From: Gammaproteobacteria bacterium
Lineage (GTDB): Bacteria > Pseudomonadota > Gammaproteobacteria > Pseudomonadales > JAUIET01
Reading direction: 5' to 3'
Length of the DNA: 64,000 nucleotides
NCBI GenBank assembly: GCA_030431775.1
Contig: JAUIHW010000021.1
Coordinates: 1,997 to 65,996 of the forward strand
Shown: in pieces, positions 41,492 to 55,962 of the stretch
Position numbering within the stretch: the first letter of the stretch is position 1
How the letters are laid out: each line of letters opens with the position of its first letter
Notes under the pieces: generated by a model
The model's input: only the letters and a program-made list of their open reading frames with translations
Told to the model about the DNA's origin: nothing
Database searches by the model: none
Translations under genes and position numbers: made by a program

Positions 41492-43039
41492 ATGTACTTG
41501 GAGTCATCTCTATCCTCACCCAACCCGGATCGGCAACATTCTTCAACGCAGCTTGATAAGCTGTGGGCAGACCTCAGGCATGCTTTGCAACAGGAATTGC
41601 CACAACAACAATACGCTACCTGGATTCGTCCATTGCTGCGTGGCGATAGCAGGGAACAGCTGACGCTGCTTGCACCCAACCGCTTTTTTCGCGATTGGGT
41701 CGTGGAAAAATATCTTGGCAGGATAAATGAGATTCTAATGGCACAGTCGCAGCCCGTGCGCGCGGTTGTCAGTGTGCAGGGCGCGGCGAGCGAGCAAACT
41801 GCTGTGACCAGCCAGGCATCAGCCGATAAGGACTTAGAAGCTGAACCCACACAGCGTTTACAGAGCGAGCCGAACTTTCCGGCGCAAACCGCCTCGGCGC
41901 CAGCCACACAGACTGCACCGTGGAACGGCGCTACGAAAGCAACGCCTGCGAACGCCCTAGCGGACACTTCCCAAGCGGCTGGTATTGGGTCGGTTAAAGT
42001 AGAAGGCAGCCTCAAACATGACCATGCGCTGATTTCCAGCCTGAACTTTTCCAGCTTTGTTGAGGGCAAGTCCAATCAGCTGGCTCGCGCAGCGGCCAGG
42101 CAGGTCGCTGAAAACCCTGGCGGCGCTTATAACCCCTTATTTATTTATGGCGGCACCGGGCTTGGGAAAACCCACCTGATGCATTCGATCGGTAATTCCC
42201 TGTTGCAACAAAACCCAAATGCAAAAATCATTTATCTGCATTCTGAGCGCTTTGTCGCTGACATGGTAAAAGCCCTGCAACTGAACGCAATCAATGACTT
42301 CAAACGATATTACCGCTCAGTCGATGCTCTGCTGATTGACGATATTCAGTTTTTTTCGCATAAGGATCGATCACAGGAAGAGTTTTTTCATACCTTCAAT
42401 GCTTTACTGGAAGGTGGCCACCAAATGATTCTGTCCTGCGACTGCTACCCAAAAGAAATCAACGGCCTGGAAGAAAGACTGAAATCTCGCTTTGGTTGGG
42501 GCTTGACGGTAGCGATCGAACCCCCGGAGCTGGAGACGCGGGCAGCTATTTTGATGAAAAAGGCCGAGCAATCTACGGTTGACTTACCTCAGGACGTGGC
42601 ATTGTTTATAGCGCAGCGGGTTAAATCCAATGTACGTGATCTGGAAGGGGCGCTGAAACGGGTGATAGCAACCGCTCACTTCCAGGGCGGGCCTATTGAT
42701 GAGGCGCTGGTTCGAGAGTCACTGAAGGACTTGTTCGCACTTCAGGACAGACAAGTCAGTCTGGATAACATTCAGAGAACCGTGGCCGAATACTACAAGA
42801 TTAAATTCGCTGACTTGATGGCAAAGCGCCGAAGTCGTTCGATTGCTCGACCGCGGCAGCTGGCAATGGCCCTGGCCAAAGAGCTGACCAATTTGAGTTT
42901 TCCGGAGATTGGGAAGGGCTTTGGTGGCCGCGATCACACAACGGTACTCCACGCGTGCAAAAAAATTAACGAATTGCGTGAATCTGACACCGATGTTAGC
43001 GAAGATTACAAAAACCTGTTGCGGATGTTGACCACCTGA
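41492..43039 (+). CDS. dnaA: chromosomal replication initiator protein DnaA
   Basis: '[14 protein letters not shown]' domain I, a long linker, '[10 protein letters not shown]' Walker A and a C-terminal '[16 protein letters not shown]' DNA-binding domain. The start is uncertain (ATG 41492 versus TTG 41459) and no strong SD is present. Confidence 0.95.
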   Translation: MYLESSLSSPNPDRQHSSTQLDKLWADLRHALQQELPQQQYATWIRPLLRGDSREQLTLLAPNRFFRDWVVEKYLGRINEILMAQSQPVRAVVSVQGAASEQTAVTSQASADKDLEAEPTQRLQSEPNFPAQTASAPATQTAPWNGATKATPANALADTSQAAGIGSVKVEGSLKHDHALISSLNFSSFVEGKSNQLARAAARQVAENPGGAYNPLFIYGGTGLGKTHLMHSIGNSLLQQNPNAKIIYLHSERFVADMVKALQLNAINDFKRYYRSVDALLIDDIQFFSHKDRSQEEFFHTFNALLEGGHQMILSCDCYPKEINGLEERLKSRFGWGLTVAIEPPELETRAAILMKKAEQSTVDLPQDVALFIAQRVKSNVRDLEGALKRVIATAHFQGGPIDEALVRESLKDLFALQDRQVSLDNIQRTVAEYYKIKFADLMAKRRSRSIARPRQLAMALAKELTNLSFPEIGKGFGGRDHTTVLHACKKINELRESDTDVSEDYKNLLRMLTT

Positions 43040-43100
43040 GCACAATAGGGGTTTACTTTTAAACCTCTTCATCTCAGTCATTTATCCGCAGGACCTTTCC

Positions 43101-44204
43101 ATGAAATTTACTTGTAGCCGTGAAGCATTATTAAAACCACTGAATGTCGTGGTTGGTGTAGTGGAAAGACGCCAGACTTTGCCCATATTAGCCAATGTGA
43201 TGCTGTCGTTGAATGAAGCGGAGTTGACGCTGACGGGCACAGATCTGGAGGTTGAGCTGCAGGGGCGCATATTGCTTGACGCCGCTGGAGAAAGCGGAGA
43301 AATCACGGTTCCGGCGCGTAAGCTGACAGACATATGCAAGTCCTTGCCGGAGGGGTCGACCTTAGAGATCAGTCAAGATGAAGAAAAACTGCTGCTTAAA
43401 AGCGGGCGCAGCCGTTTTACGCTGACCACTCTACCGGCTAGCGATTTTCCATCGGTTAATGAAGACAGCGAACAAAGCGGTTTTGAGATCACACAGAATC
43501 AGCTCAAGCGGCTGATCGAGCGCACTTCCTTTGCAATGGCTCAGCAGGATGTTCGTTACTATCTGAATGGCATGTTGTTTGAACTTAGCCCAGGAACCCT
43601 GAAACTGGTGGCAACCGATGGGCATCGCCTGGCTCTGTGCGAAGCGGGCAGCGTGGCAGGAATTCAGGAAGAAAAGCAGATAATCCTGCCACGCAAAGGG
43701 GTGATCGAGTTGTCCCGCCTGTTGCAGGATGAAGACGGCAATATTCGGCTGGCACTCGGTAGAAACCATCTTCGAGCAGACACGGCGTCATTTCGGCTTA
43801 TTTCCAAGCTGGTAGACGGTAAATTCCCGGATTATCAGCGAGTTTTGCCCAAAGGCGGTTCGCAGCTACTTCACGCTGACCGTGAAACGCTTCGCCAGGC
43901 ATTATCGCGAGCAGCCATTCTGTCAAACGAAAAATACCGCGGCGTTCGGTTAAGCATGGACAATGACAATCTTCAGATAGTCGCCAGCAACCCTGAGCAG
44001 GAGGAGGCTGAGGAAAGTATCGCCGTCGATTATCAGGGTGAACCGCTAGAGATTGGCTTTAATGTTGGTTATGTGCTGGATGTACTCGGTGTTATAGAAG
44101 ACAATTCTGTGAAGGTAACACTGTCTGATTCGAATAGCAGCGCCTTAATTGAGGAATCTGAGACCTCGGATTCGCAATACGTCATTATGCCAATGCGATT
44201 GTAA
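43101..44204 (+). CDS. dnaN: DNA polymerase III subunit beta (sliding clamp)
   Basis: 'MKFTCSREALLKPL...RQTLPILANVML' and C-terminal 'YVIMPMRL'. 367 aa. Confidence 0.97.
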   Translation: MKFTCSREALLKPLNVVVGVVERRQTLPILANVMLSLNEAELTLTGTDLEVELQGRILLDAAGESGEITVPARKLTDICKSLPEGSTLEISQDEEKLLLKSGRSRFTLTTLPASDFPSVNEDSEQSGFEITQNQLKRLIERTSFAMAQQDVRYYLNGMLFELSPGTLKLVATDGHRLALCEAGSVAGIQEEKQIILPRKGVIELSRLLQDEDGNIRLALGRNHLRADTASFRLISKLVDGKFPDYQRVLPKGGSQLLHADRETLRQALSRAAILSNEKYRGVRLSMDNDNLQIVASNPEQEEAEESIAVDYQGEPLEIGFNVGYVLDVLGVIEDNSVKVTLSDSNSSALIEESETSDSQYVIMPMRL

Positions 44205-44256
44205 GGGCTGTAAGCCTGACAATCTCAAGGTCTCGGCGCGGGCCAGGTCAGCCAGC

Positions 44257-47828
<3,572 letters not shown>

Positions 47829-47837
47829 CGGCCACAA

Positions 47838-48599
47838 TTACTTTCCGTAATTCTGGTCAATCTCGTTGCAGCTGGTTTCAATCCATTCTTTGCAGCGGCC
47901 CATTAACTCTTCGGCGTTCGTATGGTCGCTGGGAATGGGCTTGCCGATTCGCACCTGAATAGTACCCGGGTATTTCACGAAACCGTTTTTCCGCCAGTAG
48001 CGCCCGGCGTCGTGAGCAAGCGGAACAATCGGTACGCAGGCGTCAATGGCCAGGTGCGCACCACCTCTGGCATAACGTCCAGCCTTGCCGTATGCAACGC
48101 GAGTACCTTCCGGAAACACCAGTACAGCGATGCCTTGTTGTAAGCGCGCCATCCCTTGGGTCTGGACCTGAATGATGGCTTCCTTGGGCGAGCTGCGCAC
48201 AATGGCAACCGGCTTTAACATCGCCAGGCCCCACCCAAAAAACGGTATGTACAGCAGCTCACGCTTGAGAATCGTGGACAGGGGGTTGAACAGCGTTTGC
48301 AGGAAAATGGTCTCCCAAGCGCTTTGATGTTTTGCCAATACTACAAACGGTTGATTGGGAATATTCTCCCGACCGATTATCTCGTGGTCGATACCGCAAA
48401 AAATTTTTAATAAATACAAGCAGGCGTGATTCCAGCTCGTAATCATTCGATAGCGTATTGAAAAAGGGGTAAGGATACTCAAGGGTGTCAGTATGCAGGC
48501 CACCGGCAACAGTGCTAAAACCATTGTGATATAGAAAAGTACAGCGCGAATTGCCAGAAACCAATGGGGTGCAGAGCGTTTTATAGCGGGTGGATTCAC
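47838..48599 (-). CDS. plsC: 1-acyl-sn-glycerol-3-phosphate (lysophospholipid) acyltransferase
   Basis: 'AKHQSAWETIF' (HX4-acidic acyltransferase motif) and 'VFPEGTR'. The GTG start overlaps the gmhB stop (GTGA). Confidence 0.85.
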   Translation of the reverse strand: MNPPAIKRSAPHWFLAIRAVLFYITMVLALLPVACILTPLSILTPFSIRYRMITSWNHACLYLLKIFCGIDHEIIGRENIPNQPFVVLAKHQSAWETIFLQTLFNPLSTILKRELLYIPFFGWGLAMLKPVAIVRSSPKEAIIQVQTQGMARLQQGIAVLVFPEGTRVAYGKAGRYARGGAHLAIDACVPIVPLAHDAGRYWRKNGFVKYPGTIQVRIGKPIPSDHTNAEELMGRCKEWIETSCNEIDQNYGK

Positions 48600-49138
48600 G
48601 GTTTAGCGGCCTGGAGAATCCACTGGCTCGCGGCGGCCAGATTATCGACTACTTTGATATCACCGTCTGGCAGAGTGGTTTCGGTATGTCGGCCATTGCC
48701 GGTACGTACAAGAACAGGTCGGCAGTGCTTTGCCAGAGCAAGCTCTAAGTCTTTGCGTGAATCACCGACCAGAAATGCGTTAGCCACTGTGCGGCCGAGA
48801 TAAGCTTCCAATTGGTCTAGCATGCCGGTTGCCGGTTTTCGGCAGCCACAGGCTTCATCAGGGTGGTGCGGACAGTAGAAAATTTTTTCTATTGAGCCAC
48901 CATGCTCTGCAACTGCCACGCACATCTTTTGGTGAATTGCGTCGAGGTCTTTGGTGGAGAATAATTGTCGGGCCAGGCCGGACTGGTTTGTGGCGACAAA
49001 AACCCGATAACCAGCTTTACTAAGTTGCGCGATCGCGTTCAGACTGCCGGGCAGCGGCTGCCATTCGTCGACCGATTTAATATACTCGCTTGAGTCGCGG
49101 TTGATTACTCCATCACGATCCAGGATCACGATGTTCAT
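48596..49138 (-). CDS. gmhB: D-glycero-beta-D-manno-heptose 1,7-bisphosphate 7-phosphatase
   Basis: HAD motif 'LDRDGVIN' and Zn-binding 'CPHHPDEACGCRKP'. 180 aa. Confidence 0.88.
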   Translation of the reverse strand: MNIVILDRDGVINRDSSEYIKSVDEWQPLPGSLNAIAQLSKAGYRVFVATNQSGLARQLFSTKDLDAIHQKMCVAVAEHGGSIEKIFYCPHHPDEACGCRKPATGMLDQLEAYLGRTVANAFLVGDSRKDLELALAKHCRPVLVRTGNGRHTETTLPDGDIKVVDNLAAASQWILQAAKP

Positions 49139-51243
49139 TGTGCCAGCTGAGAAATGTCAGCAATTAACCCGAACAGAGCGTGCAAGCGTTGTAACAGGGC
49201 CAGGCGATTATTACGTTGCTGGAGATCCTCGTCCATTACCATTACGTGGTCGAAAAACGCATCCACAGGCGCCTTAAGATCGGCAAGGCTCGTCAAAGCG
49301 CTGGAATAATCGAATTGTTCCAGTCTGGGTTTTATCGCCGCTTCCTGTGCGGCCAGTGCGTTGGCCAGCTCACGCTCTTGGTCGTGTTGAAACAACGTCG
49401 GGTCAAGCCCTAAATCGCGGTCGATATTTTGTTTGCTCAGCAGATTGCGCACCCGCTTGTTAGCCGCCGCCAGCGTCGCCGCTTCCGGCAATTTCTGGAA
49501 TTCCGCGACTGCCCTGACCCGTCGATCAATATCCAGCGGCTTGTCCATTCCGCCTTGTAACACGGCATTAATTACTTCGGTTCTGAATCCCTGCTCGCCA
49601 TACCACCCGCGCAGGCGTTCCAGCATATAATCGAGCGCCGCCTGCGCTGCGTCGCTGATGGGCAGTTGCTGATGTTGCTGCTCAGCCACGCCGACCAGCT
49701 CCGCCAACGAGAACTCCATACCCTGTTCTATCAGAATACGCAGCACACCCAGCGATGCCCTGCGCAGAGCGAACGGATCTTTGGAGCCGGTTGGGCCCTG
49801 CCCTACTCCGAAAATACCGACTATGGTGTCCAGCCGGTCAGCCAGGCTGACGCACTGCCCCACCAGTGTTTGTGGCAGTCGATCACCGGCAAATCGCGGC
49901 AGGTAATGCTCCTCGATTGCGACGGCTACGGCATCGGGCTTGCCCGAGTGCTCTGCATAATACTTGCCCATGGTGCCTTGCAGATCGGCGAATTCGCCAA
50001 CCATTTCACTGACCAGATCAGCCTTGCACAGCCGGGCTGCCTGAACACAATGGGCTCTTTCAGTGGTGGCATCTGGAGCGTGCAGCATCAGCAGCTGTTC
50101 GGCAACTGCTTTAATGCGCTCTACCTTAGCGCCGATTGTTCCCAACTGGTCCTGGAACACCACGCGGTCCAACTGGCTGGCCATATCATCCAGGCTGCGG
50201 CGGGTGTCATTGGCATAGAAAAACTGCGCATCGGCCAGCCGCGGGCGTATCACACGCTCGTTTCCTTCAATAATGGCTTGCGGATTATTGCTGTCTATAT
50301 TGGCCACGGTGACAAAATGAGGCAATAACTTGCCGTCTGAATTCAGAACATGAAAATATTTCTGGTGAGACTGCATCGATGAAATCAAAGCTTCCTCCGG
50401 CAGCTGCAAAAACTCCGGATCAAAACTGCCAGCAATGCAACAGGGCCATTCCACCAGGCTGCAGACCTCATCCAACAAGCTTTCATCCACCACGACCTGG
50501 CCGCCAAGTTCCGCGCCACAGGCGACCAGCTGATCCCGAATTCGCTGCTTGCGTTTGCCCGCATCAGCTATGACGAAGCCCATTTGCTCCAGGCTGGTTT
50601 CATAATCAGCTGCTGAAGAAACGGTAAGCCTGGCAGGCCTGTTGCCCTCAGCTTGGCTCATAAAGCGATGACCCAAAGTGATTTGCCCCGCCTGTAAACC
50701 GAAAACACTAAGCTGTAGTGTTTGCTCACCGAGCAGTGCCAGCAGCCATTTTACCGGGCGAATAAACTCGTCGCGCAAAGCTCCCCAACGCATTCGCTTA
50801 GGGATTGGCAGACCACTGAGCACAGCTGGCAATAAGTCGGCCAGAACCGCTTCTGTAGATCGCCCTGGCTCACAAAAACGATGCACAAGCCGCTCGCCTT
50901 TTGGAGTGTCAAGCGTACCGAGCTCGCTGAATTCAACACCGCAGCTGGCTGCAAAACCGAGTGCGGCTTTACTGGGCGCGCCGCTGTCGTCATAGGCGGC
51001 TTTGACGTTGGGCCCCAATCGCTCCTGGTCTCGATCGGGCGCGGAGTCTGGAACATCATTGATCAAAACAGCCAGTCTTCGTGGAGTGGCAAAGTTCTGA
51101 TAGCGTGCCTGGCGGCTATCGGTCAGCACACCAGCGCTGGCCAACCCCTCCACAATACTATCGGCAAAGGCTTGACTCAGCCTGCCCAAAGCGAGTGGCG
51201 GCAGTTCCTCGGTTCCCAGTTCAATGAGTAGTTGCCTGCTCAC
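49135..51243 (-). CDS. glyS: glycine--tRNA ligase subunit beta
   Basis: '[12 protein letters not shown]' N-terminus. 702 aa. The GTG start overlaps the glyQ stop. Confidence 0.97.
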   Translation of the reverse strand: MSRQLLIELGTEELPPLALGRLSQAFADSIVEGLASAGVLTDSRQARYQNFATPRRLAVLINDVPDSAPDRDQERLGPNVKAAYDDSGAPSKAALGFAASCGVEFSELGTLDTPKGERLVHRFCEPGRSTEAVLADLLPAVLSGLPIPKRMRWGALRDEFIRPVKWLLALLGEQTLQLSVFGLQAGQITLGHRFMSQAEGNRPARLTVSSAADYETSLEQMGFVIADAGKRKQRIRDQLVACGAELGGQVVVDESLLDEVCSLVEWPCCIAGSFDPEFLQLPEEALISSMQSHQKYFHVLNSDGKLLPHFVTVANIDSNNPQAIIEGNERVIRPRLADAQFFYANDTRRSLDDMASQLDRVVFQDQLGTIGAKVERIKAVAEQLLMLHAPDATTERAHCVQAARLCKADLVSEMVGEFADLQGTMGKYYAEHSGKPDAVAVAIEEHYLPRFAGDRLPQTLVGQCVSLADRLDTIVGIFGVGQGPTGSKDPFALRRASLGVLRILIEQGMEFSLAELVGVAEQQHQQLPISDAAQAALDYMLERLRGWYGEQGFRTEVINAVLQGGMDKPLDIDRRVRAVAEFQKLPEAATLAAANKRVRNLLSKQNIDRDLGLDPTLFQHDQERELANALAAQEAAIKPRLEQFDYSSALTSLADLKAPVDAFFDHVMVMDEDLQQRNNRLALLQRLHALFGLIADISQLAQ

Positions 51244-52178
51244 AAGGCAGCCCTGATGGCGGGGTCGGCTTGCGGAAAGCCAAGCGCTTCGCGTGATCGA
51301 TAGTAACCGTGCGCAACATCGCGTGCCATGGTCCTGACTCGTAGTATGAATCGCTGGCGTTCGGTCACTGAAATGGCTTTTCTGGCATCTAGCAGGTTAA
51401 AGGTATGCGAGGCTTTTAAGACCAGTTCGTAGGCGGGCAGCGGCAATTCTTCGGCGACCAGTTTCGCGCAATCGGCTTCAAACGTGTCAAATGACGCAAA
51501 CAAAAAGTCCACATTGGCGTGTTCGAAGTTATAGGTCGACTGTTCTACTTCATTTTGGTGGTACACATCGCCATAGCTCACCATGCCCTGTGCTCCAGGG
51601 GCCCATGCGAGATCATAGACGCTGTTAACGCCCTGCAGATACATGGCGATTCGCTCCAAACCGTAGGTTATTTCGCCGGTCACGGGAAAACATTCTAGAC
51701 CGCCAGCTTGCTGGAAATAGGTAAACTGGGAGATTTCCATGCCATTTAACCAGACTTCCCAGCCCAGCCCCCAGGCGCCGAGCGTTGGAGACTCCCAGTT
51801 ATCTTCTACAAAGCGAATATCGTGTTCCAGCGGGTCGATGCCCAGGCTGGTCAATGATTCCAGGTACAGCTCCTGGAAATTATCCGGGTTGGGCTTCATC
51901 ACCACCTGAAACTGGAAGTAATGCTGCAGTCGATTGGGGTTTTCGCCATAGCGGCCGTCGGTTGGGCGCCGGGAACCCTGCAGGTAGGCTGCATTCCAGC
52001 TTTCCGGCCCAACGGATTTCAGGAAAGTGGCTGGGTGGAACGTACCTGCGCCAACCTCCATGTCCAATGGCTGCATGACCACGCAGCCCTGGCGCGCCCA
52101 GAAAGTCTGCAGATTGAAAACCAGGCCTTGAAACGTGCTAATGTCTGTTGGGTCCAGCACCTCAGAGTGGGTATTCAA
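51240..52178 (-). CDS. glyQ: glycine--tRNA ligase subunit alpha
   Basis: '[39 protein letters not shown]'. The start is uncertain (TTG 52178 or GTG 52160). The ORF-track start at 52247 would overlap the divergent gene. Confidence 0.93.
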   Translation of the reverse strand: MNTHSEVLDPTDISTFQGLVFNLQTFWARQGCVVMQPLDMEVGAGTFHPATFLKSVGPESWNAAYLQGSRRPTDGRYGENPNRLQHYFQFQVVMKPNPDNFQELYLESLTSLGIDPLEHDIRFVEDNWESPTLGAWGLGWEVWLNGMEISQFTYFQQAGGLECFPVTGEITYGLERIAMYLQGVNSVYDLAWAPGAQGMVSYGDVYHQNEVEQSTYNFEHANVDFLFASFDTFEADCAKLVAEELPLPAYELVLKASHTFNLLDARKAISVTERQRFILRVRTMARDVAHGYYRSREALGFPQADPAIRAAL

Positions 52179-52216
52179 GTAAGGATTGCCCGTGAGAATC
52201 AGCGCGGCATTATACA

Positions 52217-53125
52217 ATGAATAGCAAGATGAACGATTCCTTCGCACGCTTTAAATTCCGCGCCAGCAAACTGCTGCTGGCTTGTGTTGCCAGGCTGCCC
52301 CTGAGGCTGGGGCGGTTGTGCGGGCGAGGTCTGGGCAGTCTGCTGGTTTGTTTCCCAAATCGCAGTCGGCGAATAGCAAGCATCAATATTGCCGAGTGTT
52401 TCCCGGCGTTGAGCTCAGCGGAACAGGCAGACTTATTGCGGCGGAGAATGCGGGAACTTGGCGCCATGGCCCTGGAGCTCGCGCACGTGTGGGGGGCGAG
52501 CGGGCAGCGCACTCTGGCACGCGTGCGCGAGGTAAAGGGGCGGGCTGAGCTGGATGAGGCTCTGGCAGCTGGTAATGGCGTTATTGTTCTGGCGCCGCAC
52601 ATCGGCAACTGGGAAGTGATTGGCTTGTATCTGACCGAATGCCATTCGATCGTCCGCTCCATGTACGCACCTCCAAAAAGCAGAACCATGGGCCAGTTAA
52701 TTCTGCAGGCCCGCCAGGAAACCGGAGCCGAATTGGTACCTGCTGACCGCAGCGGAGTGGTGAAATTGCTGAAAACCTTGCGGTCCGGCGATATGGTGGG
52801 AATATTGCCGGATCAAGTACCCGGTGATGGCAGCGGCCTGTTCGCCCCTTTTTTTGGCCGGCCTGCGCTGACGATGACCCTGCTGTCGAACCTGGTGCAA
52901 AAAACCGGAGCGCGGGTTGTGTGCGCATTCGCATTGCCAGTGGCAAGCGGCTACCAGGTGAACTTTACCCGGCCTGACCCAGATATTTATTCCACTGATC
53001 TGACAGCCTCCGTGGCGGCCATGAATCGCTCGGTCGAACAGTGTGCTCGTCTGCACCCGGAGTACTATCAGTGGGAATACAAGCGCTTTAAACGCCAGCC
53101 GGAGGGTGTTCAGCGTTTGTATTGA
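52217..53125 (+). CDS. lpxL: lipid A biosynthesis acyl-ACP (lauroyl/myristoyl) acyltransferase, LpxL/HtrB family
   Basis: '[14 protein letters not shown]', 'APHIGNWEV' (HX4E) and 'GILPDQ' motifs. C-terminal 'YQWEYKRFK'. Confidence 0.75.
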   Translation: MNSKMNDSFARFKFRASKLLLACVARLPLRLGRLCGRGLGSLLVCFPNRSRRIASINIAECFPALSSAEQADLLRRRMRELGAMALELAHVWGASGQRTLARVREVKGRAELDEALAAGNGVIVLAPHIGNWEVIGLYLTECHSIVRSMYAPPKSRTMGQLILQARQETGAELVPADRSGVVKLLKTLRSGDMVGILPDQVPGDGSGLFAPFFGRPALTMTLLSNLVQKTGARVVCAFALPVASGYQVNFTRPDPDIYSTDLTASVAAMNRSVEQCARLHPEYYQWEYKRFKRQPEGVQRLY

Positions 53126-53136
53126 GCGCGTCTTGA

Positions 53137-54585
53137 TTATTTTCGCCAGAACAATGGGGTGAACAACACAAACAGGGTAAAAATTTCCAGTCGACCCAAT
53201 AGCATGGCGAAACACAGCAGCCATTTGGCCGGGTCACTAATACTTGCGTAATGTGCAGCCACCTGCCCCAACCCGGGACCCAGATTATTCAGTGCTGCAG
53301 CGGTTGCTGAATAGGCCGTGACAAAATCCAGCTGCAAGGCCATCAGGCACAGCGTCAATACGATAAACGTAATGATGTATACCGCAATAAACCCCCACAC
53401 AGCCGATAACACTCGCTCAGCAACTGGGCGATTGCCAATTTTGATAGGAATAATGGCGTGTGGATGCACCAGTTGCTGCAGCTCCCGAATACCCTGTTTT
53501 ACCATCAGCAGGGCACGGATAACTTTCATTCCGCCGCCGGTGGAACCGGCACAGGCGCCTACGAAAGCCATCGCCAGCAATAAAAAGGGTATAAAGCTGG
53601 GCCAAGCACTGAAGTTGGCACTGGCGAAACCCGTGGTTGTGGCGATGGACACTACTTGGAAACTGCCATGCAACAGTGCTTCCGGCCAAGAGTAGGTGGC
53701 ACTGCTGCCCAGTGTTGCCACCACTATAACAGTGCCGATAGCGAGAATCGTAAAATAGAACTTCATCTCCGGGTCTTGCCGGTAGGGACGCAAAGTCACC
53801 CGTCGCCAGGCATAAAAATGCAGGGCAAAATTAATACCCGCAAAACACATATAGAATATAGCGATGATCAGAATAGCGGGATTATCGTAATAGCCCATGC
53901 TGAGGTCGTGCGTGGAAAAACCACCGATCGATACCGTTGAAAAACTGTGGGCAATTGCATCGAACAAGCTCATACCCGCTAACCAGTAGGCCAGCAGGCA
54001 GCCAAGAGTCATAAACAGATAAATTAGAAACAACCACTTTGCTGTGCTGGTAATTCGCGGAGTAAGCTTGCTGTCCTTGATTGGACCTGGCGTTTCAGCG
54101 CGGTACAACTGCATGCCGCCAATACCTAACATCGGCAGTATGGCGACCGCAATAACGATGATGCCAATGCCGCCTAGCCATTGCAATTGTTGTCGGTAGA
54201 ACAGAATCGACCGAGGCAGCTCATCGAGCCCAACCATCACGGTCGCACCGGTTGTGGTCAGCCCCGATATGCTTTCGAACACAGCATCGGTCAGGCTGAT
54301 TTGCACCGAGTCGGCCAACCAAAGTGGTAACGCACCAAATACTCCCAAAACAAACCAGAACATGGCTGTAACCAGAAAACCATCACGCACACGCAAGTCA
54401 TGGTCCGCATTGCGGGTGGGCAGCCACAATACGCAGCCGCAGATAATAGTGGTCAGAAAGGCTTCAAAAAACACCAATGCTGTGCCTTCCTGATATATAA
54501 AGGAGACAATAACCGGAACCAGCATGGTGAGGCTGAACAGCATCAGCAGCACACCAAGAACTCGAAAAATAATAGAAAAATGCAT
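53137..54585 (-). CDS. trkH: Trk system potassium uptake protein TrkH
   Basis: 482-aa polytopic protein with repeated 'TTTG'-type selectivity-filter motifs ('GLTTTGATV', 'IATTTGF'). Confidence 0.93.
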   Translation of the reverse strand: MHFSIIFRVLGVLLMLFSLTMLVPVIVSFIYQEGTALVFFEAFLTTIICGCVLWLPTRNADHDLRVRDGFLVTAMFWFVLGVFGALPLWLADSVQISLTDAVFESISGLTTTGATVMVGLDELPRSILFYRQQLQWLGGIGIIVIAVAILPMLGIGGMQLYRAETPGPIKDSKLTPRITSTAKWLFLIYLFMTLGCLLAYWLAGMSLFDAIAHSFSTVSIGGFSTHDLSMGYYDNPAILIIAIFYMCFAGINFALHFYAWRRVTLRPYRQDPEMKFYFTILAIGTVIVVATLGSSATYSWPEALLHGSFQVVSIATTTGFASANFSAWPSFIPFLLLAMAFVGACAGSTGGGMKVIRALLMVKQGIRELQQLVHPHAIIPIKIGNRPVAERVLSAVWGFIAVYIITFIVLTLCLMALQLDFVTAYSATAAALNNLGPGLGQVAAHYASISDPAKWLLCFAMLLGRLEIFTLFVLFTPLFWRK

Positions 54586-54588
54586 GGC

Positions 54589-55962
54589 CTACAGGAAGTG
54601 GAATCCAACCTGAAACAGGCGCTCGACTTCGCTTACTTTGCTTTTGTCTACCAGGAATAGAATTACATGGTCATCGGGCTCCACTTCTACTCCACGATGG
54701 GCAATGATGACCTCGTCATTGCGAACCAGTGCACCGATGGTGACCCCGTCCGGAAGATCAATATCCTCAAGCTTTTTGCCAACGACCTTTGATGAATGCG
54801 AGTCACCATGGGCAATAATTTCCATGGCCTCAGCCGCGCCGCGGCGCAGCGAATACACATTGGCCATGTCACCCCGGCGCACGTGGGTCAGAATGCTGCC
54901 GATGGTAATTTGGTGCGGCGAGATTGCGATATCGATATCGCCGCCTTCCACCAGGTCCACATAAGCCGGATTGGCGATCAAGCTGATAACTTTTCGGGCG
55001 CCGCGTTTTTTTGCCAGCAGAGACGCCATGATGTTGACCTCGTCATCGTTTGTTAACGCAAGAAACAGGTCGGTGTGTTCAATATTCTCCGCCATCAACA
55101 GCTCGCTGTCGGTGGCGCTTCCATAAAGCACAATAGAGCGGTCGAGGTTTTCCGACAGATATTCGGCACGTCGTTTATCAAACTCGATTACCTTGACTTG
55201 ATAGTCGTGCTCTATGGCCTGTGCCAGGCGGGCGCCAATATTGCCGCCGCCCGCTATCATGACTCGTTTATAGGGGTTTTCCAGGCGACGCAACTCGGCC
55301 ATTACCGCTGGAGTATGCTCGCGTGCGGCAAGGAAGAACACCTCGTCGTCCACTTCCACCACAGTGGAGCCTTCTGGAATAATCGGGCGGTCACGGCGGA
55401 ATATGGCGGCCACCCTGGTATCGCCCTTTTTCATATGCTTGCGGATTTCCCGCAATTCCTGGCCCATGATCATACCGCCGTAATAGGCTTTGACGGCTAC
55501 CAGCTTGACTCGCCCGCCGGCGAAGTCCAATACCTGCAGGGCATCGGGGTTGTCGACCAGATTCTGCAGGTAATTGGTAACCAGCTGCTCCGGGCTGATC
55601 CAGACATCGATTGGTATGGCTTCGTTACGAAATATCTCTTCACGATTCTGGTATTCCGGAGAGCGAATCCGACTGACTTTCATCGGCGTGTGATACATAG
55701 TGAACGCAATCTGGCAGGCGATCATGTTGATTTCATCGCTGTTGGTTACAGCGATCAGCATGTCAGCATCCTCGGCACCAGCGCGGCGCAACACATTCGG
55801 GTGGGACGCGTGTCCAACCAGTGTGCGAATATCAAGTCGGTCCTGCAATTCGTGCAATACGTCGGAATTGGTATCAACCAGCGTGATTTCGTTCTGCTCG
55901 TCGGCCAGGGCCTCGGCCAGGCGGCCACCCACCTGGCCAGCACCCAGAATGATGATGTTCAC
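54589..55962 (-). CDS. trkA: Trk system potassium uptake protein TrkA
   Basis: Two RCK/NAD-binding repeats ('IIILGAGQVGG', 'VMIAGGGNIGA'). 457 aa. The GTG start overlaps the rsmB stop. Confidence 0.95.
   Translation of the reverse strand: MNIIILGAGQVGGRLAEALADEQNEITLVDTNSDVLHELQDRLDIRTLVGHASHPNVLRRAGAEDADMLIAVTNSDEINMIACQIAFTMYHTPMKVSRIRSPEYQNREEIFRNEAIPIDVWISPEQLVTNYLQNLVDNPDALQVLDFAGGRVKLVAVKAYYGGMIMGQELREIRKHMKKGDTRVAAIFRRDRPIIPEGSTVVEVDDEVFFLAAREHTPAVMAELRRLENPYKRVMIAGGGNIGARLAQAIEHDYQVKVIEFDKRRAEYLSENLDRSIVLYGSATDSELLMAENIEHTDLFLALTNDDEVNIMASLLAKKRGARKVISLIANPAYVDLVEGGDIDIAISPHQITIGSILTHVRRGDMANVYSLRRGAAEAMEIIAHGDSHSSKVVGKKLEDIDLPDGVTIGALVRNDEVIIAHRGVEVEPDDHVILFLVDKSKVSEVERLFQVGFHFL

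Noticed and set aside
41419-42075. 218-codon ORF on the minus strand, Cys/Ser/Ala-rich, opposite the dnaA 5' region
   Set aside because: It is entirely antisense to the well-supported dnaA gene. It has low-complexity composition typical of shadow ORFs in GC-biased coding sequence, and no recognisable motif.
43082-43090. DnaA-box-like TTATCCGCA immediately upstream of the dnaN ribosome-binding site
   Set aside because: This is a single 1-mismatch 9-mer. About a dozen such matches are expected by chance in 64 kb, so one isolated copy is not evidence. Another isolated copy, TGATCCACA, lies at about 30153 in atpF.
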